A stretch of 35,256 nt of DNA. Origin: Thermoproteaceae archaeon. Lineage in GTDB: Archaea; Thermoproteota; Thermoprotei; Thermoproteales; Thermoproteaceae. The stretch covers positions 1 through 35,256 of the forward strand of contig JAJHRB010000008.1 in NCBI GenBank assembly GCA_020833025.1. Direction: 5' to 3'. Each line of letters opens with the position of its first letter. Position 1 is the stretch's first letter. The notes beneath the pieces are model-generated. The model did no database searches. It saw only the letters and a program-made list of their open reading frames with translations, and was not told the DNA's origin. Below, piece by piece: positions 7,078 to 15,256 of this stretch. A program made the translations under genes and the position numbers.

Positions 7078-10000
7078 GGGGCCAGCTCATATTGCTGACC
7101 GCGTTGGTAGTGGCGGTGGCCGTTGCGGCCGTAATAGCCGCTCAGATGGCGCTTAACATGGGCCAGTTCTCGTCCAGCGTCAGGACGGGCTACGGCATAT
7201 ACGCCAAGGCATGGCCGGAGGCCGTCGACCTGGCGGACTCCCACGCGCTGCAGGCGGCGCTCAAGGCCGCCTCGCAGATATCGGCGGGCGCGCTCTCGTC
7301 CGGCCTCTACGCGAGCCCCGCCAAGGCCTCAAGGTGGCTGACCTACAACGCCACGTACCTCTACCTCAACAGGTCTCTGGCGGTGGTCAAGGAGAACTTC
7401 CTCCCTCTCGGCGCCCAGCTGGACTTCAGCGTCCGCGTGCGCTACTACGGCTTCAACGGCACGCTGGGCCCCTACCCGCTGGCCGCGCCGCTCGGTAGGT
7501 GGAACATCGAGCCGCTCAGAAACGGCTACATGAGCATCCAAGGCGCTGACCTATACCGGATCGTCGCGGTCTGGCAGGCCCCCGACTACGACGGCTACTA
7601 CGCGGTCACCTACGGGGCGCACGTCTCCGAGCCCGGCGCCGTGGGCGAGATCTACCACGTCGCGCTCGGCGAGTTGCTGCGGAAGCTGAGAAACGCGAAC
7701 CCAGAGCGGAGCCTCTTTGTATTCTTAGTAGACAGCCAGACGTGCAGAATGTGGCAGCTCCCCTGGTGGGCAGAGATGGCGAAATGCCCGCTTTGTCTCC
7801 TGCACGTGCGGATACCAAGCAGGTCTGAGATAGGCGCTAGCGAGCCTGTGCTGCAGGGCGGCAAGGCCCTGGAGTTGCTGGCGGTCCTCACGCCGAACTA
7901 CGTAGGCGACTCTCTACCCGTCATCAAGTCCGGTCCCTGCGCGGGCGGCAGCGTGGAAACAGAACAGGTACCGCTGAACTTTGACATAAATAACAACCCC
8001 AAGGCAGTTTTTGCGCAGACCGTCGAATACAGCGGCCCCCGCCCCAGCCAATATTCAGGTTGGCTTTTCTGGGATGCCAGCGATATAGTTCAGTGGGCTC
8101 AGTCGACGGTAAGCACGACCAGCTCTTGCTACCCGGATCACCCGGTGACAGGCGGCGTCTTGTCCGCGGGCAAGAGCGTTGTTTACGACGCGGGCTTCGG
8201 GAGGGTTGCGGAGGTGTACGCCACCTATGACGGCGGCACGAAGAACTGGGCTTTCAACTTATACACAGGACCTGTGGCTCTCCCATCTAACTGGGCGGGC
8301 TTCATGGTTGAGGCCCTAGTTAGGCCCGCAGCCACAAATACCGTGCGCCCGGCTAGGCTGGATCTTTATTTCTACTCCTCCGATCCCGCCTCGACGCATC
8401 CCATATGTGCGAACTTTCTAGGCGTCCAAGCCGTGTGGCCGGTCTTGGTGTGGTCGAGCTGGAGGGGCCACCCAAACGGCGTCTGGAACGGCCGGACTTG
8501 GGATGACTCGGGTACTGTTTATTTCCAGACGTCGTGGTACCTCTTCTCGCTTGCCGCGTCGACAAGCGTTGTGAGGTATCAGGTGTTTTCCTACAACACC
8601 ACGAGGCCTCTGAGGGTCTTAGGGACAAAGACCCTTCAGGGCAATCCGTGGGGCACCACTTGGCAGTTCTACGTAGTTCTAGGGAGTGCCATTGTGGACA
8701 GCCCAGCAAGCGATCAGCCCTGGACTGAGAGCGCGAGGTATGCCTACGTGAGGGTGAGGCCGTGGGTTGACCCTCCCCCGGCTGTCATGTTTGGCTTCAT
8801 CTCTGGCGCGCCCGCCGTTAGGCCCAGCCGTGTGGATGTCGTCGCGGAACGCTCGGCCTCAGCTATGTCTAGCATAAACCTGACCGGCAGCATAGGCCTG
8901 GCGGGCGTGAGGGACTTGGTAATACGGAGAAGCATCTCCCTCAACGTCAGCGTGTTGGAGGCAGAGGCGGTGAGGGACGGCGCCAACCAGATCGCCTACC
9001 GGTACAGGATTGTGGTGAATTCGTCAGTGCCGAGGGGCTCCCTCGCCGCCTCGCTCACTCTCTTCTACAGCTTGGGCAGTAGCTACGTGAACTCCACGTG
9101 CCCGTCGCCGCTGTGTGAGGCCAACTTAATCGAGTACCGGGGCTACTCCCGCGGCGTCGACACCGCCGTATACGACGTGACGTTTACGGTGCCGGCATGG
9201 GCGAGCCACGCGCTCATAGTGAATGTGTTCGGCACAAAGGCCGCCGTGTCTGCCGCGAGGCCCAGGCTGTACGTCTTGAGCGCGGGCACAAATGCCTACT
9301 ACTTGATAAACGAGGGCGACGGCACGGCGGCATTCGTCGTGCCGTGGCGCCAAGACGGACCTTTGATCACAGGCATAAGCCCCGACGACGCCAAGTTCGC
9401 CGGGCTCTTTCACGTCACCGACGGGAGGGATAGATGGACTGTCCTTCTGGTGCCGCCGGGCTCCGTCGTGAGGGTGGTCACCGCCTCAGCCGTTGATGAC
9501 TGGCGCCAGTACCTAGTCCCGTGGCAGGCGGAGATGCTTACCTATACAGACAGTCCGTGCCCGGATCCCAGATACGTCCGCGTGTACTTCCCGGGCAACG
9601 TGACGCTTAGACGTTACTACGTTTTACTGCCATATCAACCCTCCACGGTGCCTAACGGTCATGCATTTCTCGGCGGCAGGTGGGCTTCTCTAGCTGTCTA
9701 CAGGGATCCTGCGAATATGCTGTGGCTGAAGCTCTCAACGTCGCAGCAATTAACCAACAAGGCGGTTCTCGTGGCGCTGTGCGGGACTGGAACTAACTCA
9801 CCGCCTTCGTCGTTTTTCGACTGGTACAGCCCCACGCCGTCTGGCGGCGCCTTGGAGTTCGCGTCGCCTCCAAGCCTCTCGACCTACCCCGACGGCTACA
9901 CCGTGGCGGTGTGGCACTCCGGCCCTATGAGCGTTGCTCTCCAGAACGGCACTGACTATCCACCCTGGAACTGTTATGAAGGCAGAAGAATTGTGGGCAT

Positions 10001-10346
10001 ACAGTATACTGGAAGTGATCCCGCCTTTCTGTGGCACTTTAACGGCTTCTGTTTCGACATGCATATATGGGAGCGCGTGGGGTCCGGCACGCCGCAGATG
10101 TACGCGCTTTCTATCTCCCCGCAGCCGGTGCTGTACCAGATCTCTACGGGCACGGATGTTGGGAGCTGGTGGCTTAGGTCTTATCCAAACGTGGCGCCTG
10201 CGCTCGGCGGCAGGCCTCTGCAGTCTTTTACGCACGTTTACGGCTCCGCCGGTTTTAGCGCGGCCCTCATCCCGTTTACGTGGCCTAGGCCGTACATTTT
10301 CCTGGACTTTTCGGAGAACCCCGTCGGCCCCTACTCGACGACATGA
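7074..10346 (+). CDS. Large pilin-anchored adhesin-like protein (1090 aa), gene 3
   Basis: Class III signal MRG|QLILLTALVVAVAVAAVIAA; many N-x-S/T sequons; Trp/Tyr-rich beta modules; GTGA overlap. Confidence 0.85.
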   Translation: MRGQLILLTALVVAVAVAAVIAAQMALNMGQFSSSVRTGYGIYAKAWPEAVDLADSHALQAALKAASQISAGALSSGLYASPAKASRWLTYNATYLYLNRSLAVVKENFLPLGAQLDFSVRVRYYGFNGTLGPYPLAAPLGRWNIEPLRNGYMSIQGADLYRIVAVWQAPDYDGYYAVTYGAHVSEPGAVGEIYHVALGELLRKLRNANPERSLFVFLVDSQTCRMWQLPWWAEMAKCPLCLLHVRIPSRSEIGASEPVLQGGKALELLAVLTPNYVGDSLPVIKSGPCAGGSVETEQVPLNFDINNNPKAVFAQTVEYSGPRPSQYSGWLFWDASDIVQWAQSTVSTTSSCYPDHPVTGGVLSAGKSVVYDAGFGRVAEVYATYDGGTKNWAFNLYTGPVALPSNWAGFMVEALVRPAATNTVRPARLDLYFYSSDPASTHPICANFLGVQAVWPVLVWSSWRGHPNGVWNGRTWDDSGTVYFQTSWYLFSLAASTSVVRYQVFSYNTTRPLRVLGTKTLQGNPWGTTWQFYVVLGSAIVDSPASDQPWTESARYAYVRVRPWVDPPPAVMFGFISGAPAVRPSRVDVVAERSASAMSSINLTGSIGLAGVRDLVIRRSISLNVSVLEAEAVRDGANQIAYRYRIVVNSSVPRGSLAASLTLFYSLGSSYVNSTCPSPLCEANLIEYRGYSRGVDTAVYDVTFTVPAWASHALIVNVFGTKAAVSAARPRLYVLSAGTNAYYLINEGDGTAAFVVPWRQDGPLITGISPDDAKFAGLFHVTDGRDRWTVLLVPPGSVVRVVTASAVDDWRQYLVPWQAEMLTYTDSPCPDPRYVRVYFPGNVTLRRYYVLLPYQPSTVPNGHAFLGGRWASLAVYRDPANMLWLKLSTSQQLTNKAVLVALCGTGTNSPPSSFFDWYSPTPSGGALEFASPPSLSTYPDGYTVAVWHSGPMSVALQNGTDYPPWNCYEGRRIVGIQYTGSDPAFLWHFNGFCFDMHIWERVGSGTPQMYALSISPQPVLYQISTGTDVGSWWLRSYPNVAPALGGRPLQSFTHVYGSAGFSAALIPFTWPRPYIFLDFSENPVGPYSTT

Positions 10347-11014
10347 CGTCGCTTGAGGTTTTGATCCTCACCGCGTTCACTCTCCTGATAGTGTTCGCGG
10401 CTCTGCCGTATGTAATCGGCATGCTTCACTCCTCTCTGGCTCCGCTGGAGTACAGAACCGCGGCCGGGTACGTTTTGGCCTTTGCCGACAGCTTAGAGGC
10501 AGATTTCGGGATGGCCGGCGCGCGGAAGTACTTCAACCTGCCGAGGTTTGTCTACGGGAGCTTTGGCCCCGTCAACCGGACGTATACTCTCCAGCTGCTT
10601 GGTTGCGGGCCTCTGCAGACGTTCCGCTGGAATTCTGCGGAGCTGTGGTACAACGCGACCTATCTCGTCGGGGAGCGGAGGCTGCTGCGCGGTCTCAGCG
10701 CGGGCTTGACGGCACGGCCGCCGGACACGTTAATGGCGGTGGAGGCTCTCGAGAGCGGCATCAGGGCGTACCCGAGAGTCTTCATCGTGAGCGGCAAGGG
10801 CGAGGCCTATGTGTATATCATTAACGCCACGGTGCGCCTCTCCGGCGCTGGCACCCCGGCCTACGTGACCTACGAGATGTCCGGCTTAAGGCTGGTGGGG
10901 CCTTTCAGCTGCCGGGACCCCAAGCTCGTGGTGCCCGGCGCCCCGGCCATTCTCGGGAGCGGCGACACGAATGTATACATCGTGATCCAGAACGCTACTG
11001 TGTGGCTGAGGTGA
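10343..11014 (+). CDS. Minor pilin-like protein (223 aa), gene 4
   Basis: ATGA overlap. MTSLEVLILTAFTLLIVFAAL resembles the mature pilin N-terminus LTSMEIAII. Confidence 0.78.
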   Translation: MTSLEVLILTAFTLLIVFAALPYVIGMLHSSLAPLEYRTAAGYVLAFADSLEADFGMAGARKYFNLPRFVYGSFGPVNRTYTLQLLGCGPLQTFRWNSAELWYNATYLVGERRLLRGLSAGLTARPPDTLMAVEALESGIRAYPRVFIVSGKGEAYVYIINATVRLSGAGTPAYVTYEMSGLRLVGPFSCRDPKLVVPGAPAILGSGDTNVYIVIQNATVWLR

Positions 11015-11541
11015 GGGGGGCAGTCTCGCTCGCGTCGGCAGTTCTATTCATGGCTGTCGCGGCCGCGCTGGCGGTCATCGCTGCAGTCGTGAACATGATA
11101 GCGCAGGGCGTGCTCGAGGACGACGCCCAGGCGGCCGCGCAGTCCGCGGCAGACTTCGTGGCCTCGCAGATAAGGGATGCCGTGCTGTGCGCGTCAGTGC
11201 CCGGGGTCGTTAGCGTGAGGAAGGATCTGCTCGTCCCGGGCACTTTTTACGGGTTCGACAGCGCCGCGGCGGCCGTCTGCGTGGGCAACAGGGACGGGAA
11301 CATCTACGTTAACGTGACGCTGTCCGCGGCGAGGGGCTCTGGGGTGGCTCGCGCAGCGGCGACTGCCTGGGTCTTCAACATCACGGACGGCAGGGTAGTA
11401 CTCATTGAGGGCTCCTACGCCCCGTGTCCCGGCGCGGTGCTGCCGCGGGAGTGCGTGGCCGGCAGTGCGGTGAACTTAACGCGTCCAGGCTGCGCCGCCG
11501 CAATATTTAACGGCGCAACGATATACCTGGGCCCGCCCTAG
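11011..11541 (+). CDS. Minor pilin (176 aa), gene 5
   Basis: GTG 11011 overlaps the upstream TGA. Class III-like MRG|AVSLASAVLFMAVAAALAVIAAVV. Confidence 0.78.
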   Translation: MRGAVSLASAVLFMAVAAALAVIAAVVNMIAQGVLEDDAQAAAQSAADFVASQIRDAVLCASVPGVVSVRKDLLVPGTFYGFDSAAAAVCVGNRDGNIYVNVTLSAARGSGVARAAATAWVFNITDGRVVLIEGSYAPCPGAVLPRECVAGSAVNLTRPGCAAAIFNGATIYLGPP

Positions 11542-11641
11542 GCTGCTGGAGCGCGCCAGGATCGATCCTGCCCACTGCCTGCACGCCTGCCAAAGACTTG
11601 CAGCTCTCAGGGCCGCCCCGCCAGCGCAACCTGTCCCCTCC

Positions 11642-12058
11642 TTATTGCTTCTGCGCCGCTGCCTCCCTTACCAGCGCCTCGTACATCTTCCCCAGCAGGC
11701 TGTAGAGCGCGTCGATCCTACTGTTCGTCTCGTCGATCCTCCCGCTCAGCGCGTCTCGGATCTCGTCTATCCTCTTGCTTAGCGAATCGTTTAGCGAGTC
11801 AATCCTCTTGTTTATTTCATCTATCCTCCTATTTGTGTCGTTTCGTAGATCGGCGACTTCCTTTCTGACATCTGCAACTTCCCTCCTTACGTCTGCAATT
11901 TCCCTCCTAACTTCAGCTATCTCACTGCCCATCTCTCGAAATAACCCGAGCATTAACACGACAAGGTCCTCTGTGGACAGCCTCTTGCCCTCGCCAACCT
12001 TTTTCAAGACGGCCTCTAGTGCCTTGTTAACAACTGAGGCGACGGCTGACCCGACCAC
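11642..12058 (-). CDS. Coiled-coil repeat protein (resembles the Pyrobaculum paREP15-type family)
   Basis: GTG 12058 lies about 22-27 nt downstream of a TTATAG element. Heptad repeats and RIDE/RIDS repeats; lower GC than the neighbours. Confidence 0.75.
   Translation of the reverse strand: MVGSAVASVVNKALEAVLKKVGEGKRLSTEDLVVLMLGLFREMGSEIAEVRREIADVRREVADVRKEVADLRNDTNRRIDEINKRIDSLNDSLSKRIDEIRDALSGRIDETNSRIDALYSLLGKMYEALVREAAAQKQ
11840..11923 (-). repeat. Four imperfect 21-bp tandem repeats encoding EIAEVRR-EIADVRR-EVADVRK-EVADLRN
   Basis: Read directly from the sequence. Confidence 0.8.
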
Positions 12059-12296
12059 TAAACTGCACGGCCGGCACACTATAAGGCTTTGTGTCATGTT
12101 CGTGAGCGTCGGTTAGTTTGGCTTTGCATAGCACCATTGCCTGCAGGCCCCACGGCCGCGGGCAGATCGAGGGGCGCGCCGGCGGCGCGCGGCATAGTGC
12201 CGGCAGCGCGAGAGCTAGACGCGCAAAGGCGCTGGAGGGGCTGAGACGAGCCCCGGCGGGCTGGGGCGCGCCGGACGTCGCGGAGTATTGCGAATC

Positions 12297-13190
12297 TCAG
12301 TAGTACCAGGTCAAGAAGTGCGCGTGCTCCGGCGGGTACCTTGAGAGAGAGTGCGCCTTGCACGCCTGCCTGAAGGGACACGCGGCGCACCCCGGCGACG
12401 CACGCGTGCAGACCCTGCGCCCGAAGTTCCACAGGTAATCGTCGAGAGCGAAGGGGTGAGCTCCGGCGAGCTCCGCGACGAGCCTCCACGCCCTCTTGAC
12501 CAGCTCCCTCAGCCTCACGTCCTCCTCCAGCGAGACCTCGACGCCGCTCTCAAGAAAGTCGTAGTTTATGTCGACTATCCCAAGCCTGTAGGCAACTCTC
12601 GTCAGGTGGTTGTCGACCGGCACGTCGGCCTCGTCTGCGTCCTTGAATTCGGCCAGCCCCCTCCCGTCGAGAAACTTTGCGAGCAGCAGTGCCTTCTTGC
12701 CGACGGGATCCTCGTAGGCCCTCAGGCCCCTCAGCGCCTCCCTCAGCCTCTTGATGGAGTCGAGGGGGACCAGCCTCTCGAACCCGCCGGAGAGCAGCGC
12801 CTTCCTGCCCGCGTCGCGCAGTAGGAGGACTCTCGCATTAAAGTCCCACACTCTCCTCCCGCCAATTGACAGCAAGGCCTCGGCCTCGGCCGGCGTCATC
12901 CTGGCGAGCCTCTCTGCGGTGAAGAGCCCCTTGTCGTAAGCAATTCTCCCCAGCCTGTAAAGCGCGTCCGCTCCGTGGTAGAACTCGCCGTCTATCACCC
13001 CCTCGAACGGCTCCCAGAGGCCGGTCCTGTGGTCGATCGCGACCATCGCGACGAAGTACGCGAGCTGGCTCTCAAGCGGGTCGTCGGGCGGGGGGTAGAA
13101 GCGCTGGTCCGAGTAGCTCTCGCGCCTAATCTGCAGCCCCCTCACTGCGGCCGCGACCGCCTCGGCCCTGTCAACGTCTATTGCTGGCAT
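12297..13190 (-). CDS. HhH-GPD-fold glycosylase/hydrolase-like protein with a C-terminal [4Fe-4S] loop (queuosine-salvage DUF2419-like motifs)
   Basis: YEDPVGKKALL and VPVDNHLTRVAYRLG motifs; C-x6-C-x2-C-x5-C (CTRASPGCAACPFRQAC). Confidence 0.75.
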   Translation of the reverse strand: MPAIDVDRAEAVAAAVRGLQIRRESYSDQRFYPPPDDPLESQLAYFVAMVAIDHRTGLWEPFEGVIDGEFYHGADALYRLGRIAYDKGLFTAERLARMTPAEAEALLSIGGRRVWDFNARVLLLRDAGRKALLSGGFERLVPLDSIKRLREALRGLRAYEDPVGKKALLLAKFLDGRGLAEFKDADEADVPVDNHLTRVAYRLGIVDINYDFLESGVEVSLEEDVRLRELVKRAWRLVAELAGAHPFALDDYLWNFGRRVCTRASPGCAACPFRQACKAHSLSRYPPEHAHFLTWYY

Positions 13191-13270
13191 CGCGAGACTC
13201 GCTGAGACCCCAATTTATGGCCGGCAGCGCGGGGCCGCTAGGGGGCTGTCTCGGGACCCGCCGCGGCCCA

Positions 13271-13302
13271 CCGCCGCTCTGACCGGGCTGAGCTACGGCG
13301 GC
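13271..13302 (-). tRNA. tRNA 5' half only (positions 1-30), identity uncertain (Met-e/Thr-like acceptor); candidate split tRNA or tRNA fragment
   Basis: GCCGCCG-TA-GCTC-AGCCCGGTCA-GAGC-G-GCGG gives the acceptor 5' strand, U8 A9, a full D arm with GG18-19, G26 and 4 nt of anticodon stem. TTATAAAG lies 20 nt upstream. No T-arm motif (GGTTCRA) in tRNA context was found in the window. Confidence 0.8.
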
Positions 13303-13322
13303 CAGGCTCCCCGGGAGGGGAA

Positions 13323-13330
13323 CTTTATAA
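13323..13330 (-). promoter_or_regulatory. TATA box upstream of the tRNA 5' half
   Basis: TTATAAAG on the minus strand, 20-nt spacer to G1 at 13302. Confidence 0.7.
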
Positions 13331-13382
13331 GCTTTCCGCGCCTGCGGGCCAAGCGTTAAAAGGTGAGCGCGCGGCGCCGCGA

Positions 13383-14069
13383 GTGAACTGCACGCTCCTG
13401 GTAGTCGACCTGGACGGGACGCTGACTCTCAGCCGCAACACGTACGAGCTCTCCCTCGAGGCGCTCGCGGCACTGAGGCGCGCGAGAGATGCGGGCATCA
13501 GGATCGTGCTCGCCACGGCGAACGGCCTGGACTTCGCGCTCACGGTCGCGCGCTACCTTGGAATAAGGGACGTGATTGCAGAGAACGGCTGCTTCGTCTA
13601 CCTCGACGGCAAGGTCCACGAGCTGTGCTCGGGCGATATGAGCGGGGTCGACAGGGCCGTCCTCGCGACGGGCGCCGTGGCCCCGAGCCCGCAGAACAGG
13701 TGCAGGAGGTACGACCTGGCGTACATACCGCTGGCAAGCAACGCGCTGGAGAGGGTCAGGGCGGCCGTCGGGCCCGGCTACGTCGTTGAGTTCAGCGGCT
13801 ACGCAATTCACGTGAGGCCCGGGGGCGTTGACAAGGGCTACGCCGTGCTGTGGCTGTGCAAGAGGCTCGGGATTCCGTGCCACAAAGTCGCGGCGGTGGG
13901 CGACAGCGATGTTGACGCCGGCATGCTGAGAGTAGCGTGGGGCATAGCGGTGGGGAACGCCTCGCCGGCGGCCAAGAGCGCGGCGCGCGTCGTTGTCGAG
14001 GGGCCGAGCGGCATCGGATTCAGCGAGGCGGTCGACTTGATACTCTCAGGCGCCGCCTGCACTCCCTGA
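13383..14069 (+). CDS. pgp: Cof-type HAD phosphatase (archaeal phosphoglycolate phosphatase family)
   Basis: DLDGTLT motif I, LATAN, DKG, GDSDVD motifs. Confidence 0.85.
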   Translation: MNCTLLVVDLDGTLTLSRNTYELSLEALAALRRARDAGIRIVLATANGLDFALTVARYLGIRDVIAENGCFVYLDGKVHELCSGDMSGVDRAVLATGAVAPSPQNRCRRYDLAYIPLASNALERVRAAVGPGYVVEFSGYAIHVRPGGVDKGYAVLWLCKRLGIPCHKVAAVGDSDVDAGMLRVAWGIAVGNASPAAKSAARVVVEGPSGIGFSEAVDLILSGAACTP

Positions 14070-14285
14070 GCCCCTGCAGGAGCCCCTCAGCACGAGCCTG
14101 CCCGCGGCGTACACCAAAAGCCCGTACGCCAGCGTGAGCGCTATTATCGCGGCGTCTCCCACTGTCACGCGGCCCTGGAGGGCCGGGAGGGGGGCACGCA
14201 AGACCGGCAGCGCCGCCCCTCCCAGCGCGAACAGCGCCACGAGAGCTGCGTAGGAGAGCAGCAGCAGCGCCAGCGCCCGCCTCAT
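14046..14285 (-). CDS. Small two-TM membrane protein
   Basis: Two hydrophobic helices; ATGA overlap with the upstream GT4 gene. Confidence 0.65.
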   Translation of the reverse strand: MRRALALLLLSYAALVALFALGGAALPVLRAPLPALQGRVTVGDAAIIALTLAYGLLVYAAGRLVLRGSCRGSGSAGGA

Positions 14286-15256
14286 ACTGCCGCGCCCGCG
14301 AGCTTGAGGGCCGCCGCGAGGGCCACTGTCAGGCAGGAGGAGAGCGCCACGAGCGCCGTCAGCGACTTGAATATCTCGTACTCGCCCATCGGCCTGTCAG
14401 CCACGAGAACCCTCACGAGCGAGATCACGCCGGAGTTGCAGTTCTGCACCACGGCGCCGCCTGCCAGCAGGGTCGGCCTTTCAATTTTCTCTCTGCCGCG
14501 CACTCCCCGCGACGAGAAGACTATCAGCGCCCCGTTGATTACAAACGGGAGCGCGGCCAGCACCATGTAGGCGACGAGGTCGTAGAACACGGCCACAGCC
14601 GAGAGGCTGGCCCCGAGGAAGTAGCTCCCGGCGTTCCCGTTCAGGGCCCTCGCCGGGTAGCGGTTGAACGCGTACAGCGCCGCCGACGCCGCGACGTGCA
14701 CGAGGAGGAGGCACGCGGCGTCTGCCTGGCCCCGCAGCGCGGCGACGGCCGCCACGGCGCAGCCGGCTATCGCGCTGGCGGCGGGGAGGAAGCCGTTGAC
14801 GGGGTCGAGCATGTTGAACGCATTTGCCATAATGGGTATTGCGAGGACGGCGAACAACGCAGCCGTTCCGGAGAAGCACGCCGCCAGCGGAATTGTCAGC
14901 ATGAGGGCGCCCCCGGCCTTGACCGCAGACCTGGCAACGACGAGCGCCACGAGGGTCGGGACGAGCACCCTGACGTACTCGTTAACGCCCCTTATGTCGT
15001 CGATAAAGCCGAGAAGCCCGGCGCAGAGAGACGCGACGAGCACGGGAATCGCGCCCTCCACTCCCGCGCTCGCGACGCAGTATCCTGCCGTGGCGGCCAC
15101 CACGGCGACGAGCCCCCCGGAGCGCGGCACTGCATCAATTCCCTTGTGCACGTCGCGCGTTGTAATACCCCTGGCCCTCTGGTAGGGCACCCACCACATG
15201 CCGAATAAAATCCCGGCGGCAGCGGCAACGGCGGCGGCGAGCAGCCCGAGCGTCAT
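14282..15256 (-). CDS. Glycosyltransferase family 4, polyprenyl-phosphate GlcNAc-1-P transferase (AglH/MraY-like)
   Basis: Polytopic; DVHK, VPRSGG, GFIDD, NAFNMLDPVNG, GNAGSYFLG motifs. Confidence 0.85.
   Translation of the reverse strand: MTLGLLAAAVAAAAGILFGMWWVPYQRARGITTRDVHKGIDAVPRSGGLVAVVAATAGYCVASAGVEGAIPVLVASLCAGLLGFIDDIRGVNEYVRVLVPTLVALVVARSAVKAGGALMLTIPLAACFSGTAALFAVLAIPIMANAFNMLDPVNGFLPAASAIAGCAVAAVAALRGQADAACLLLVHVAASAALYAFNRYPARALNGNAGSYFLGASLSAVAVFYDLVAYMVLAALPFVINGALIVFSSRGVRGREKIERPTLLAGGAVVQNCNSGVISLVRVLVADRPMGEYEIFKSLTALVALSSCLTVALAAALKLAGAAV

Noticed and set aside
12097-12296. Possible tRNA 3' half (HhH gene inside a giant tRNA intron), or the 61-aa ORF 12118..12303
   Set aside because: No T-arm or CGGCGGC acceptor strand; CCGCGGCC matches the trailer but gives no BHB; the ORF is low-complexity.
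13231-13302. Reading the tRNA half plus trailer as one compact cloverleaf (TAGCGGC as acceptor 3' strand)
   Set aside because: C6:A mismatch, a 4-nt anticodon loop and no T-loop consensus; not a functional tRNA.
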